A stretch of DNA of 64,000 bases from Eledone cirrhosa. Its lineage: Eukaryota. Positions 1 through 11,615 of the stretch are shown here, one piece after another. The notes under the pieces were generated by a model. That model ran no database searches, was not told the DNA's origin, and worked only from the letters and a program-made list of their open reading frames with translations. Position 1 is the first letter of the stretch, and each line of letters starts with the position of its first letter. The translations under genes and the position numbers were made by a program. Where the stretch lies: positions 4,402,001-4,466,000 of the forward strand of contig OZ024764.1 of assembly GCA_964016885.1 (NCBI GenBank). The letters are read 5' to 3'.

Positions 1-560
1 AACCCAGCATCCACATACTAATATCAAGAAGTCTTCTTGTGAACGTGACCTGGGCATTACTGTCAGCAGTGATTTGCGTTGAACGAAGCACGTCTCTAAA
101 ATTGTCAAGAAGACCGAGGGTGTCTTAGCATCACTCAGCAAGACCTTTGTCAGCCGCTCTCCAGCTATCTATTTAAAGCTGTACATGGCTATGGTGCGGC
201 CACACTTAGAATTTGTATCACCAGTCTGGAACCCCTATCTTGCTCAGAACATTGACCTCCTGGAAACTGTTCAAAGACGTGCAACCAAGCGAATACCCTC
301 CATCAGGCATCTACCATACTCTGAACACCTTACTTCCCTGGGCATGGATACATTGAAGCTCTGATGTCTGGCAACTGACTTGGTAAACACCCACAAAATT
401 ATTAACCATCTTGCCAACAACAACCCTGAGCACCTTTTTGATTTCCATGTGTCTAACACACGTGGACATGCCTACAAAGTCAGAAAACAGCACAGGTCCC
501 ATAACTTTCAGAAACATTTTTTCACTCTTAGAGTTGCTGAAGCATGGAACAAACTACCTT
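1..560 (+). mobile_element. 3' fragment of CR1/L2-clade LINE (RT C-terminus, decayed)
   Basis: Translates (with stops) to typical CR1/L2 ORF2 end: ERDLGI, LYMAMVRPHLEF..PVWNP, ETVQRRATK, NTRGHAYK, FFTLRVAEAWNKLP; near-identical copy at 33360-34000. Confidence 0.85.
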
Positions 561-1400
561 TATCAGTTGTTAGCTGTCGAGACACTGCATCCTTTAAAAC
601 CTCCATGGAACAAACTACCTGCGTCAGTTGTTAGCTGTCGAGACACTGCATCCTTTAAAACCTCTATGGAACAAACTACCTGCATCAGTTGTTAGCTGTT
701 GAGATACTGCATCCTTTAAAACCTCCATGGAACAAACTACCTGCATCAGTTGTTAGCTGTCGAGACACTGCATCCTTTAAAACCTCCATGGAACAAACTA
801 CCTGCATCAGTTGTTAGCTGTCGAGACACTGCATCCTTTAAAACCTCCATGGAACAAACTCCCTGCATCAGTTGCTAGCTGTCGAGACACTGCATCCTTT
901 AAAACCTCCATGGAACAAACTAGCTGCATCAGTTGTTAGCTGTCGAGACACTGCATCCTTTAAAACCTCCATGGAACAAACTACCTGCATCAGTTGTTAG
1001 CTGTCGAGACACTGCACCCTTTAAAACCTCCATGGAACAAACTACCTGCATCAGTTGTTAGCTGTCGAGACACTGCATCATTTAAAACCTCCATGGAACA
1101 AACTACCTGCATCAGTTGTAAGCTGTCGAGACACTGCATCCTTTTAAACCTCCATGGAACAAACTACCTGCATCAGTTGTTAGCTGTCGAGACACTGCAT
1201 CACTTAAAACCTCCATGGAACAAACTACCTGCATCAGTTGTTAGCTGTCGAGACACTGCATCCTTTAAAACCTCCATGGAACAAACTCCCTGCATCAGTT
1301 GTTAGTTGTCGAGACACTGCATCCTTTAAAACCTCCATGGAACAAACTACCTGCATCAGTTGTTAGCTGTCGAGACACTGCACCCTTTAAAACCTCCATG
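543..1400 (+). repeat. 61-bp tandem minisatellite (~14 copies) derived from the LINE 3' end
   Basis: Unit catggaacaaactacctgcatcagttgttagctgtcgagacactgcatcctttaaaacctc; period 61; followed by LINE 3' UTR ending in (ATT)n near 1585. Confidence 0.95.
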
Positions 1401-1654
1401 CTTCCTGAAATTCACCAACACTACACCTGATATTCCCCCTCCATACACACACACACATGTATATCATGACTCATACACTGTTCACTTTCCTGACATTTGT
1501 ACATTATTCTATGTACTATACATGCACCTTTGATGAGTTGTAGTGCACCTGAGCACTGTACACAATAATTTCATTATTATTATTATTTTATCAAAATACA
1601 GTGTATTTCTTTGGAAATATTCTCATGAAAAGGGTTAAAGGAATGGTTTCTTAC

Positions 1655-1874
1655 CTTGGAAAACTGTGGTGGGGTTTGGTAGTATGACCCCTCCCATATC
1701 AAAGATCACACACTTGATGTCACCATGCTTGCTTGATGATTGACCCTTAGCACTCAGCATGGCACAGCAGTGGATTGCCCTGGGTTTAACCAGTCCCAGA
1801 TAAGGGCCATGACCTTGAGCCTGACTCTTCAACAGCTGGGCAAGCACCCGCTTCAAGTGGACAGCCCGCAACAT
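1655..1874 (-). CDS. ACAD10: First coding exon of acyl-CoA dehydrogenase family member 10-like gene (mitochondrial leader + start of HAD-like domain)
   Basis: MLRAVHLKRVLAQLLK...KCVIFDMGGVILPNP resembles ACAD10 HAD motif I (AVIFDMGGVL.P.P) after a basic leader nearly free of acidic residues; acceptor tttttag at 1923-1929, donor G|gtaaga at 1654 (phase 1); gene continues left out of the window. Confidence 0.75.
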
Positions 1875-1995
1875 GTCGATGTCGAGCAAGGAAGCTGACC
1901 AGAGAAGGGGCACAAGAAAAGCCTAAAAATAGAACAATAAGGGGTTTGATTAGATAAATGAAATAAAATGGAATTAACCCTTTGTATTTAGGACT

Positions 1996-2755
1996 TACAC
2001 CTATGTAGGTTTAGCTGGCCGCCTACAAGGTTTATCTCATAGGGGTTTTCTTATGTGTTTTAATGATAGAGACCCCAGTCCTATTATGTTGTTACAGCTC
2101 ACACCTATATGGGTTTAGCTGGCCTCCTACAAGGTTGTATCTCATAGGAGGTTTCTCTGGTGTTTTAATGATAGAGACCCCAGTCCTATCATATTGTTAC
2201 AGCTCACACCTATGTAGGTTTAGCTGGCCTCCTACAAGGTTGTATCTCATAGGAGGTTTCTCTGGTGTTTTAATGATAGGGACCCCAGTCCTATCATGTT
2301 GTTACAGCTCACACCTATGTAGGTTTAGCTGGCCTCCTACAAGGTTGTATCTCACAGGAGGTTTCTTGGGTGTTTTAATGATAGAGACCCCAGTCCTATC
2401 ATATTGTTACAGCTCACACCTATGTAGATTTAGCTGGCCTCCTACAAGGTTGTATCTCATAGGAGGTTTCTCTGGTGTTTTAATGATAGAGACCCCAGTC
2501 CTATCATGTTGTTACAGCTCACACCTATATGGGTTTAGCTGGCCTCCTACAAGGTTGAATCTCATAGGAGGTTTCTCTGGTGTTTTAATGATAGGGACCC
2601 CAGTCCTATCATGTTGTTGTTATAGCTCACACCTATGTAGGTTTAGCTGGCCTCCTACAAGGTTGAATCTCAAAGGAGGTTTCTTGGGTGTTTTAATGAT
2701 AGGGACACCAGTCCTATTATGTTGTTGTTGTTGTTGTTATGGCTGGCCTCCTACA
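1996..2755 (+). repeat. 105-bp tandem minisatellite (~7 copies)
   Basis: Period 105 (acacctat at 2101, 2206, 2311...). Confidence 0.95.
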
Positions 2756-2821
2756 TGATTATAATTCATATACGCAAAGATAAATACATATATATCTCAT
2801 TTCATATTTTCAATTCACAAC

Positions 2822-2890
2822 CTCTCTGTCTGATGAAAGACCTACACATATGTTAATACTGTCTGTGATCCAGAAACCTTTGGTAATGGA
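2822..2890 (+). ncRNA. Hammerhead ribozyme-like motif (degenerate)
   Basis: CTGATGA 2830-2836, imperfect stem II, GAAACC-TTT-GGTA 2873-2885, weak stem I ctctgt/atggag. Confidence 0.4.
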
Positions 2891-2994
2891 GTAGTTATAT
2901 AATGTGTTGTTCACTTTCTAATTTAATGGCTCTGTTCTGTACATAGAGCACTCTTTTTCCTTTTGCCTTTTCTTCAGAAATACCTAACACTAAT

Positions 2995-3048
<54 letters not shown>

Positions 3049-3051
<3 letters not shown>

Positions 3052-3233
3052 GAAGGAAATGTGGTAAGGAACCAGGTGGACCATAACGCACCAAAGTACT
3101 CAATACTTAGGGTAGTAGAGTGGGTAATAGGAACGAGTAGGACCCCGACGGCTGAGCTCAAGCCGTTTCGACGGCTAAGTCCAGAATTAGCCGTCGAAAC
3201 GGCTTGAGCTCAGCCGTCAGGGTCCTACTCGTT

Positions 3234-3238
<5 letters not shown>
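3049..3238. repeat. Foldback (hairpin) dispersed repeat family, probable Penelope-like terminal remnant
   Basis: ~50-bp arms 3127-3178/3187-3238; related copies at ~4784-4975, 11005-11190, 14585-14790, 16255-16400, 16820-16912, 17488-17580, 29261-29478, 30261-30380, 33008-33060, nearly always within (TA)n. Confidence 0.7.
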
Positions 3239-3272
<34 letters not shown>

Positions 3273-3452
3273 ATTTACATATACATAAAGTCATAGATAT
3301 ATATATATGTGGCAACTGTACAAGATCTGGCTAAATGAAGAATTAATAAATTAAATAATCAGAGCAATATCTAATAAGTCATGTCCTTAGAATTATTAGA
3401 TATTGCTCTGATTATTTAATTTATTAATTCTTCGTTGAGCCACATATATGAA

Positions 3453-3834
3453 GGCACATGGCTTAGTGGTTAGAACATTGGGCTTGCAATCGAAAGGTTG
3501 TGAGTTCAATTCTCAGACCGGGTGATGTGTTGTTTCCTTCAGCAAGACACTTTATTTCACATTGCTCCAGTTTACTCAGCTGTAGAAATGAGATGATAGG
3601 GACTGGGGTCCCTATCATTCCACTGCAAAGTGGTCGTGGAGGTGCCACGGCAAAAAAGCACCCAGCACTCACTGTAAATGAGGTTGGTGTTAGGAAGGGC
3701 ATCCAGCTGTAGAAATCATGCCAGAATCAGTTCCTGTATGAGCAAGACAAGGTCAGCCGACCGGACACTGCCCACAACAGGACAACCCCTGTAACCCATG
3801 CTAGCGTGGAAGAACGGACGTAAAACGGTGATGA

Positions 3835-3838
<4 letters not shown>
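3453..3838 (+). mobile_element. tRNA-derived SINE (family A) with RTE-LINE-like 3' tail and (GAT)n end
   Basis: Head with A box TGGCTTAGTGG and B box GTTCAATTC, central conserved body, 3' half matches 3' UTR of RTE at 32720-32990. Confidence 0.9.
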
Positions 3839-3868
<30 letters not shown>

Positions 3869-4003
3869 GAAGTATTTCCGTAGGAAAGGTACAGGAAAAG
3901 AGAGTGCTCTATGTAGGCTACATAGCTTTTTAGTTATGTAATAAACAACATAAGATAATTAATTCATTTACCAGTGGTTTCTTGAAGAAAGAATAACATG
4001 TTA

Positions 4004-4065
4004 TTCTTTCTGACGACTGAAGACAGATATAAATATTTGTCTTCAAGAAACCTCTGGTAAATGAA
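4004..4065 (+). ncRNA. Hammerhead ribozyme-like motif inside an inverted repeat
   Basis: CTGACGA 4010-4016, long stem II TGAAGACAGATA/TATTTGTCTTCA, GAAACC-TCT-GGTA (cleavage after 4059); IR arms ~3933-3988/4040-4095. Confidence 0.6.
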
Positions 4066-4322
4066 TTAATTATCTTATGTTGTTTATTACATAACTATAT
4101 CTATATCTATATATATATATATAGTTATATATATATATATATATAGTTATATATATATATATAGATATAGTTATACTTTGGGAGGGTCATGTTGCCAATA
4201 AGAAACACACGCACCAGTTGCTTTCACTTCAATTTATTATATATTTATAAATTTACAAATCTACAAATTTATAAATTTCTGGTTGGTTGGTTGGTTCCGC
4301 AACCAGATAGTTGTTTATATAT

Positions 4323-4367
4323 AGTCATAGTCCTTTCGTCACACACTCTGTGACCTCTTCAGTGACT
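4323..4367 (-). ncRNA. Minimal type I hammerhead ribozyme
   Basis: Reverse-complement copy of the 4443-4487 motif. Confidence 0.7.
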
Positions 4368-4442
4368 GGGGATTCCTTTCTTTGTTTCTGTGCCTTTCCT
4401 TTCTTCTGTCCTACGCCATTTTGAAACAAAATGGCGTAGGAC

Positions 4443-4487
4443 AGTCACTGAAGAGGTCACAGAGTGTGTGACGAAAGGACTATGACT
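4443..4487 (+). ncRNA. Minimal type I hammerhead ribozyme
   Basis: Stem I AGTCA/TGACT, CTGAAGA 4448-4454, stem II GTCAC/GTGAC, GAAAG-GA-CTA (cleavage after 4482). Confidence 0.7.
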
Positions 4488-4971
4488 ATATATAAACAAC
4501 TATCTGGTTGCGGAACCAACCAACCAACCAGAAATTTATAAATTTGTAGATTTGTAAATTTATAAATATATAATAAATTGAAGTGAAAGCAACTGGTGCG
4601 TGTGTTTCTTATTGGCAACATGACCCTCCCAAAGTATAACAATATCGGTTTCAACACACGATTTCAGATAAAGAATCTTGCTAAACAAATTCAGAAACGA
4701 AATATATAGATATAATTATAGTTATATAGATATAGATATAGTTATATATATAGATATAGATATAGTTATATCTATATATATATAGGAAAATGTATGACCC
4801 CGACGGCAGAGCTCAATCCGTTTCGAGGGCTATTTCTGGACTATTTCCGTCGAAATGGCTTGAGCTCTGCCGTTGGGGGTCATACATTTTCCTATTACCC
4901 ACTCTACTACCCTAAGTATTGAGTACCCTGGTGCGTTATGGCCCATCTGGTTGCTTACCACAATTCCTTTG

Positions 4972-5053
<82 letters not shown>

Positions 5054-5159
5054 CAGGTTATGTCTACAAAATAGTAGACAAGACATTAGTCAAAACAAGA
5101 CAAACTACAATGGAAGAAAACTTAACGACACTGTTATCTGTATTGTGTGATAGATATAA

Positions 5160-5820
5160 TGGTATTGGTGGTGGTGTAGCGGTGGTGGTGGTGTAGCGGT
5201 GGTGGTGGTGTTACTGTGGTGGTAGTGGTATTGACTGTGGTGGTGGTGGTGGTAGTGGTATTGACTGTGGTGGTGGTGGTGGTAGTGTTACTGTTGTTGT
5301 GGTGGTGGTGGTGGTGGTGGTGGTGGTGTAGCAGTGGTGGTGGTGGTGTAGTGGTGGTAGGGGTATTGACTGTGGTGGTGGTGGTGGTGGTGGTGTAGCG
5401 GTAGTGGTGGTGGTGGTGGTTGTGGTAGTGTTACTGTGGTGGTGGTGGTGGTAGTGGTATTGACTGTGGTGGTGGTGGTGGTGGAGGTGGTATTGACTGG
5501 TGGTGGTAATGTTACTGTAGTGGTAGTGTTACTGTGGTGGTGGTGGTAGTGGTATTGACTGTGGTGGTGGTGGTGGTAGTGTTACTGTTGTGGTGGTGGT
5601 GGTGGTGGATGTGTGGTGGTAATGTTACTGTGTTGGTGGTGGTGGTAGTGTTACTGTTGTGGTGATGGTAATGTTACTATGGTGGAGGTGGTATTGACTG
5701 TGGTGGTGGTGGTAGTGTTACTGTAGTGGTGGTGGTGGTGGTGGTGGTGGTAGTGTTACTGTAGTGGTGGTGGTGGTGGTGGTGGTGGTGGTGGTGGTAG
5801 TGTTACTGTGGTGGTGGCGG
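5160..5820. repeat. (GGT)n-based low-complexity tract
   Basis: Direct sequence; similar tracts at 18890-19990, 36410-37110, 39380-40250, 47100-47610, 50185-50990, 63860-64000. Confidence 0.95.
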
Positions 5821-6001
5821 TAGGTTTCATTGTCTACCTAAAGTTCAAAAATCAGGTTTCTGTGTAAGACATCTAGAGGTTGGCCATTAAGAAACCTGCC
5901 GGAACCTGTTCCACTTATGTAAAAACCATTATTAACCCTTCTGAAACCATTCCTGGTTCAATGAAACAAAAGATGTGTTAAGTTATGTTCCAAGTACCAG
6001 T

Positions 6002-6280
6002 TTAACCCTTTACCATTTACATTACTCTATATATACTATTGTATTGTCACAGTAAAGGCTTTACCTCACATAATATCTCACATAACATTTACATTACTCT
6101 ATATATACTATTGTATTTTCACAGTAAAGACTTTACCTCACATATCTCACATAACATTTACATTACTCTATATATACTATTGTATTTTCACAGTAAAGGC
6201 TTTACCTCACATAACATTTACATTACTCTATAGATACTATTGTATTTTCACAGTAAAGGCTTTACCTCACATAATATCGA
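6002..6280 (+). repeat. TTAACCCT-headed dispersed element with internal ~70-bp tandem units
   Basis: Unit cattactctatatatactattgtattttcacagtaaaggctttacctcacataat...; other copies 28895-28990 (-), 59368-59470, 61712-62195. Confidence 0.7.
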
Positions 6281-6497
6281 ATCTGTGAGATTTTGATATT
6301 ATTTATTTAAAAAAAAAAATACCTTAACATCAGTATGAGTGACCAGTTACAGCTGGTTTGAACAGAAATAGGTGAGAGAATTCTGACTGGATATGGCCGG
6401 TTTAAATACTAAAAGGTTAACCCTCTCCTTGTTCTGTCTTCTCCCATTTATTCGTGAGAGGGATGTGAGGGCAGAGTCCTCAAAAACTCCTTCCAGA

Positions 6498-6918
6498 GAT
6501 TCAGAGATTCTTTCCTCAGACATTCTAACCACATGTCTGTAGTATCAGAGCTGTGATCTCTCAATCCAGAGATTCTTTCCAGAGACATTCTAACCATATA
6601 TCTGTAATATCAGAGCTGTGATCTCTCAATTCAGAGATTCTTTCCTGAGACATTCTAACCACATGTCTGTAGTATCAGAGCTGTGATCTCTCAATTCGGA
6701 GATTCTTTCCTGAGACATTCTAACCACATGTCTGTACTATCAGAGCTGTGATCTCTCAATTCAGAGATTCTTTCCTCAGACATTCTAACCACATGTCTGT
6801 AGTATCAGAGCTGTGATCTCTCAATTCAGAGATTCTTTCCTCAGACATTCTAACCACATGTCTGTAGTATCAGAGCTGTGATCTCTCAATCAGAGATTCT
6901 TTCCTAAGATATTCTAAC
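6498..6918 (-). repeat. 65-bp tandem satellite (~6 copies), same family as 35066-36166
   Basis: Reverse complement of the unit at 35066-36166. Confidence 0.9.
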
Positions 6919-6926
6919 AAGAGCTC

Positions 6927-7224
6927 TGAGAACCCCTGGCCTATAAAATTATTGAGGTTTGAAAAGCTTACACACATTGGTGTAAGCTATTTTTCACCTT
7001 AGCACTGTATGGTAAAAAAATTAGATGACAATTTGAAGTAAGAAAAGAGGTTTCTCAGAGACCTAGACCACGTTCCAAAACCAGGTTTTCTCAGTTATTT
7101 CTCTTACTTAGAATTGTCACCAAAGTTTTTCACCATATCACCATATGGTGCTCGAGGGGAAAATAGCTTACACAGCATGTGTTAGGTTTTCAAATCTCAA
7201 TAATTTTATAGTCCAGGGGTTCTC
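6927..7224. repeat. Imperfect inverted repeat (MITE-like)
   Basis: gagaacccctggcctataaaattattgag... (6927-7050) vs ...ctcaataattttatagtccaggggttctc (7100-7224). Confidence 0.6.
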
Positions 7225-7414
7225 CGAGACCCAGACCACATTTGAGGGTCGTGGGAGCAGTCCTCAAACACTCCTTCCAGTGGGTCCTATCAGAAGCAAC
7301 CGTCTCTAACTGATACGGCTGGATCTCCTGTCAGTTGGTTTTACCCGTAAAATCTGTCCAGCGATTCTTTCCTGAGACATCGCAGCTTAACACTTTTGTT
7401 ACAAAAAATGTTTT

Positions 7415-7885
7415 TAAATGTTTATATTTATAATTTTATGTTAAGAACCTTTGTTAAGTTATGTTCCAAACACCAACAGTGTCTTTCATTAGAAATATGG
7501 TAATGAAAGGGTTAAAGTGTTTATATTCATCGAAAAACCTTCCATCATAATTTTATGTAAGAACCTTTGTTAAGTTATGTTCCAAACACCAACAGTGTCT
7601 TTCATTAGAAATATGGTAATGAAAGGGTTAAAGTGTTTATATTTATCGAAAAACCTTCCATCATAATTTTATGTAAGAACCTTTGTTAAGTTATGTTCCA
7701 AACACCAACACTGTCTTTCATTAGAAATATGGTAATGAAAGGGTTAAAGTGTTTATATTTATCTAAAAACCTTCCATCATAATTTTATGTAAGAACCTTT
7801 GTTAAGTTATGTTCCAAACACCCCTGGTTGTGTGAGACAAAACTGTTTTAAAGTGTTTATATTTATCTAAAAACTTTCCACCATA
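7415..7885 (+). repeat. 116-bp tandem repeat (~4 copies)
   Basis: taatgaaagggttaa at 7501, 7617, 7733; reverse-complement single copy at ~61537-61645. Confidence 0.85.
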
Positions 7886-8685
7886 ACTGAAAATTGAGAG
7901 AGAAAGAAGAATGGAAAAGATAGAGGAGAAATATATATATATATAATTGTTTCTACTTTAGGCACAAGGCCAGCAATTACCCAGTGCATTACTGGTACTT
8001 TATTTTATCGACCCCGTAAGGATAATAATAAAAGAATGTTCTCAAAATAGATGAGAGAGAGAGAGGGGGGGGGGGGTACATTATTTATCGACCTCGAAAT
8101 GACAAAAGGTGAAATGTTTTATTAATGAATTTCTGGTAATACAGGAGTTGCCTCCCTGTTGTCACCTTGCCCTAATCTGTAGAGGAATATATTATTGCTT
8201 CTACTGTTGGCACAAGGCCAGCCATTACCCCAGTGTAATGTCTATATAGTGACAGGTAATGCCCTAGTTTATTCATAAACACCAATTTCCTCTCTCCATT
8301 GTTCAAATCAAGTTTAATGCGGTGGACACACCTTGATCTCCACACCTTCTTCATGTCACAGTAGCCTTGAGGTCAAACCTGTTCAGGGCTGGTGCTACCA
8401 TTGAAGACAACTTATTGAGCTGGTGTTTGGAACATAACTTAACAAAGGTTCTTACATAATATTATAATTGTTTCTACATTTGGCACAAGGCCAGCAATCA
8501 CCCAGTACATTACTGGTACTTTATTTTATCGACCCCGTGAGGATGAAAGGCAAAGTTAACCTTGGCGGGATTTGAACTCAGATCGTAAATATCAAAACAG
8601 GAAAGAAGTTGGTGGAGAAGTTAAAACAGCTCAAAATACAGTAATTTATTACAATAAACAATACAATTTTTTTTTTTAGATCAAT

Positions 8686-9005
8686 TTACGTCCGCTTTTC
8701 CCTGCTTGCAAGGGTGGGACGGGAACTGATTGTGGCTTGATTTCTACAGCTGGATGCCCTTCCTAACACCAACCTCATTTACAGTGAGTGCTGGGTGCTT
8801 CTTTTGCCGTGGCACCTACACGACCACTTTGCAGTGGAATGATAGGGACCCCAGCCCCTATCATCTCATTTCTACAGCTGAGTAAACTGGAGCAATGTGA
8901 AATAAAGTGTCTTGCTCAAGGAAACAACACATCACCCGGTCTGAGAATTGAACTCACAACCTTTCGATTGCAAGGCCAATGCTCTAACCACTAAGCCATG
9001 TGCCA
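8686..9005 (-). mobile_element. SINE family A copy
   Basis: Reverse complement of 3453 element. Confidence 0.9.
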
Positions 9006-9204
9006 CAATACATCCTCAAAAACCTTTTCAAACAAGGATGTGTACAAAATCCTGTTGTGTTAAAAATAATTATAATACAGGAAGCAAATTATTCATGTAT
9101 ATATATATATATATATATATGTATAACTTTAACTTTGATAAGTTTCGGCTAGTATTGTCCCAGGCCATGTCTGACTTAATAGCACCACCTGGCGCATTCT
9201 TTCA

Positions 9205-9672
9205 AATCAGGATTTGGACACCATGGCCCACTCGAGCAGAGAGTTATTGTTTACGGAGACATATCCGGATGTAGGAGGTTTATCCGGGATTTCTTGAAGG
9301 AATTTTTCCAAAGACTTCTTGAACTTTATGGGGTCTGTTTCTGTTTCAATGTGTTTTGGTGTAATGTTAAAGAGAGCGGGGCCAATTGAGGTGAAATAAT
9401 TGTGCTGTATTGTTGTTATGAGATGTGAGTTTGATTTTTGTCGTGGGCGGATAGCACAGGGCCCAAGACTTGGGTGTTCCTTAAAGAGGATGGCAACATC
9501 ATTTGGGCAAAGCTGATGGAATATTTTCCACATCATGCAGATAATGTAGCGCTCACGGCGATGTTGGAGAGAATAAAGTTTGAGCTTTTCTAATCGACTC
9601 CAATAGTCAAGGCCTGCCATGTCATCTATCTTTTTTGTAATTATCTTTGGGGTGCTTCAACTTTCATGACAC
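9205..9672 (-). mobile_element. CR1/L2-type LINE 3' fragment
   Basis: ORF LDYWSRLEKLKLYSLQHRRERYIIC..WKI...GPALFN...FKKSLEKFL..IPDKP typical of LINE ORF2 C-terminus. Confidence 0.8.
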
Positions 9673-9782
9673 CTTATATATATATATATATAGGGTGTCA
9701 TGATGTATACACAAAAATGTATACACACTTTAATTACTTGTACACCCAATATTTATTAGAATGCTGTTGAAGTTTGTATATA

Positions 9783-10178
9783 CGAAGGCAATCCCAAAAG
9801 TAAGGTCTCCTTCCGATATTGCAACTTTTCCGTTAAATCGTGTGGATGGTGCTTCGGGAAACCTCAGGAACCAAAATGCAGAGAGCATCCAGAGTGATCC
9901 GCCGATCTTTACGCATGTTTTCCTCGGAAGGAGACCTTACTTTTGGAATTGCCCTCGTATATAAAAACTGCGCGAAATTCGCACTTGGCTGCGGTAGCGT
10001 TCAACGGGAACTCCATTCTCAACGGGTGCCAAGCCAAGATTGAGCATCCCAGCGAAGCGCGCACCTGCTTGTTTGGGAGTGAAGGAAGCACCAATCACAA
10101 CAGTGTTGCCAACAGCCGTACGGACAGTTTCTCTGCGTCCCCGTCGCTTTGGAGACCTTACTTTTTGGATTACCCTCG
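9783..10178. mobile_element. Mariner-derived MITE inserted at a TA inside another small repeat
   Basis: TIR TA|CGAAGGCAATCCCAAAAGTAAGGTCTCC at left; complementary GGAGACCTTACTTTT..CCCTCG|TA at both 9930-9958 and 10151-10178; empty host site at 10577-10685. Confidence 0.75.
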
Positions 10179-10217
10179 TATTTTGGGGGAAACCCTGTGT
10201 GTGTGTATATATATATA

Positions 10218-10560
10218 TCATCATCATCATCATCATCATTTTACGTCCGCTTTTCCCTGCTTGCAAGGGTGGGACGGGAACTGATTCTGGCTTGATTTCT
10301 ACAGCTGGATGCCCTTCCTAACACCAACCTCATTTACAGTGAGTGCTGGGTGCTTTTTTGCCGTGGCACCTCCACGACCACTTAACAGTGGAATGATAGG
10401 GACCCCAGTCCCTATCATCTCATTTCTACAGCTGAGTAAACTGGAGCAATGTGAAATAAAGTGTCTTGCTCAAGGAAACAACACATCACCCGGTCTGAGA
10501 ATTGAACTCACAACCTTTCGATTGCAAGCCCAATGCTCTAACCACTAAGCCATGTGCCTC
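10218..10560 (-). mobile_element. SINE family A copy
   Basis: Full-length reverse complement with (CAT)n tail. Confidence 0.9.
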
Positions 10561-10692
10561 CATTATATATATATATAGGGTGTCATGATGTATACACAAA
10601 AATGTATATACACTTTAATTACCTGTACAGGCAATATTTATTAGAATGCTGTTGAAGTTTGTATATATTTTGGGAGAAACCCTGTGTGTGTG

Positions 10693-10768
<76 letters not shown>

Positions 10769-11295
10769 TATAGATATATATATATATATAGATAGATTAG
10801 AGCAAACATCACGGGCGCTCTATCTCAAAATTATTTTTGAAAAGCATTAGAAATGCGCAACCGGTAAAAGCTTAAAACTAAAACTGAATACTAACCAATA
10901 CTTATTACTAATTTATACTTATTCCTAATTAAACTATTTTTCACTGGGAAAAATTTGTCAGCATTTTCTTTTCCTTTTTACTAATATATATATATATATA
11001 TATATAACGAAGGAAGTGTGGTAAGGAACCAGGTGGACCATAACGCACCAATGTACTCAATATTGTGGGTAATAGGAACGAGTAGGACCCCGACGGCTGA
11101 GCTCAAGCCGTTTCGACGGCTAATTCTGGACTCCAGAATTAGCCGTCGAAATGGCTTGAGCTCAGCCGTCGGGGTCCTGACTCTTTTCCTATTGTTTTTT
11201 TTAAGTGTTTATATACATATTTATTACATATTTTAAATAACGTTACAAATGGGAGTGAATATATAAAAACATGATATATACAAAGCATATAATAC

Positions 11296-11340
<45 letters not shown>

Positions 11341-11431
11341 CATACACACACATACATCATCATCATCATCATTATCATTTTACGTCCGCTCTTCCCTGCT
11401 TGCAAGGGTGGGACGGGGTCTTATTCAGCAG

Positions 11432-11473
<42 letters not shown>

Positions 11474-11615
11474 AGATCAAAAGATGGTTAAAGGAGTTCC
11501 ATGTATTTTATTATGCGCATTTCAAAAACAAACATCATCATGCAATAATATTTGATATGTTGATTTAAAACTGCACTATCCACAAGTGTTTTTTAGCCTT
11601 CATATCATGTTCTCC

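Larger units (their letters stand above)
4169..4640. repeat. ~200-bp near-perfect inverted repeat carrying two oppositely oriented hammerhead motifs
   Basis: 4169-4367 is the reverse complement of 4442-4640; related family copies at ~26265-26440, 42985-43270, 44930-45097. Confidence 0.85.

Noticed and set aside
2063-2758. 231-aa ORF of 35-aa repeats
   Set aside because: Open only because the 105-bp unit is a multiple of 3; lies intronic/antisense to ACAD10; no splice or family evidence
3453-3530. tRNA-Cys-like gene
   Set aside because: It is the SINE head: poor acceptor stem and continuous with the SINE body in many copies
10835-10872. Hammerhead-like TTGAAAA-GCAT/ATGC-GCAAC-CG-GTA
   Set aside because: At least three core mismatches; at best a fossil. 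The same applies to 16118-16170 and 29915-29950
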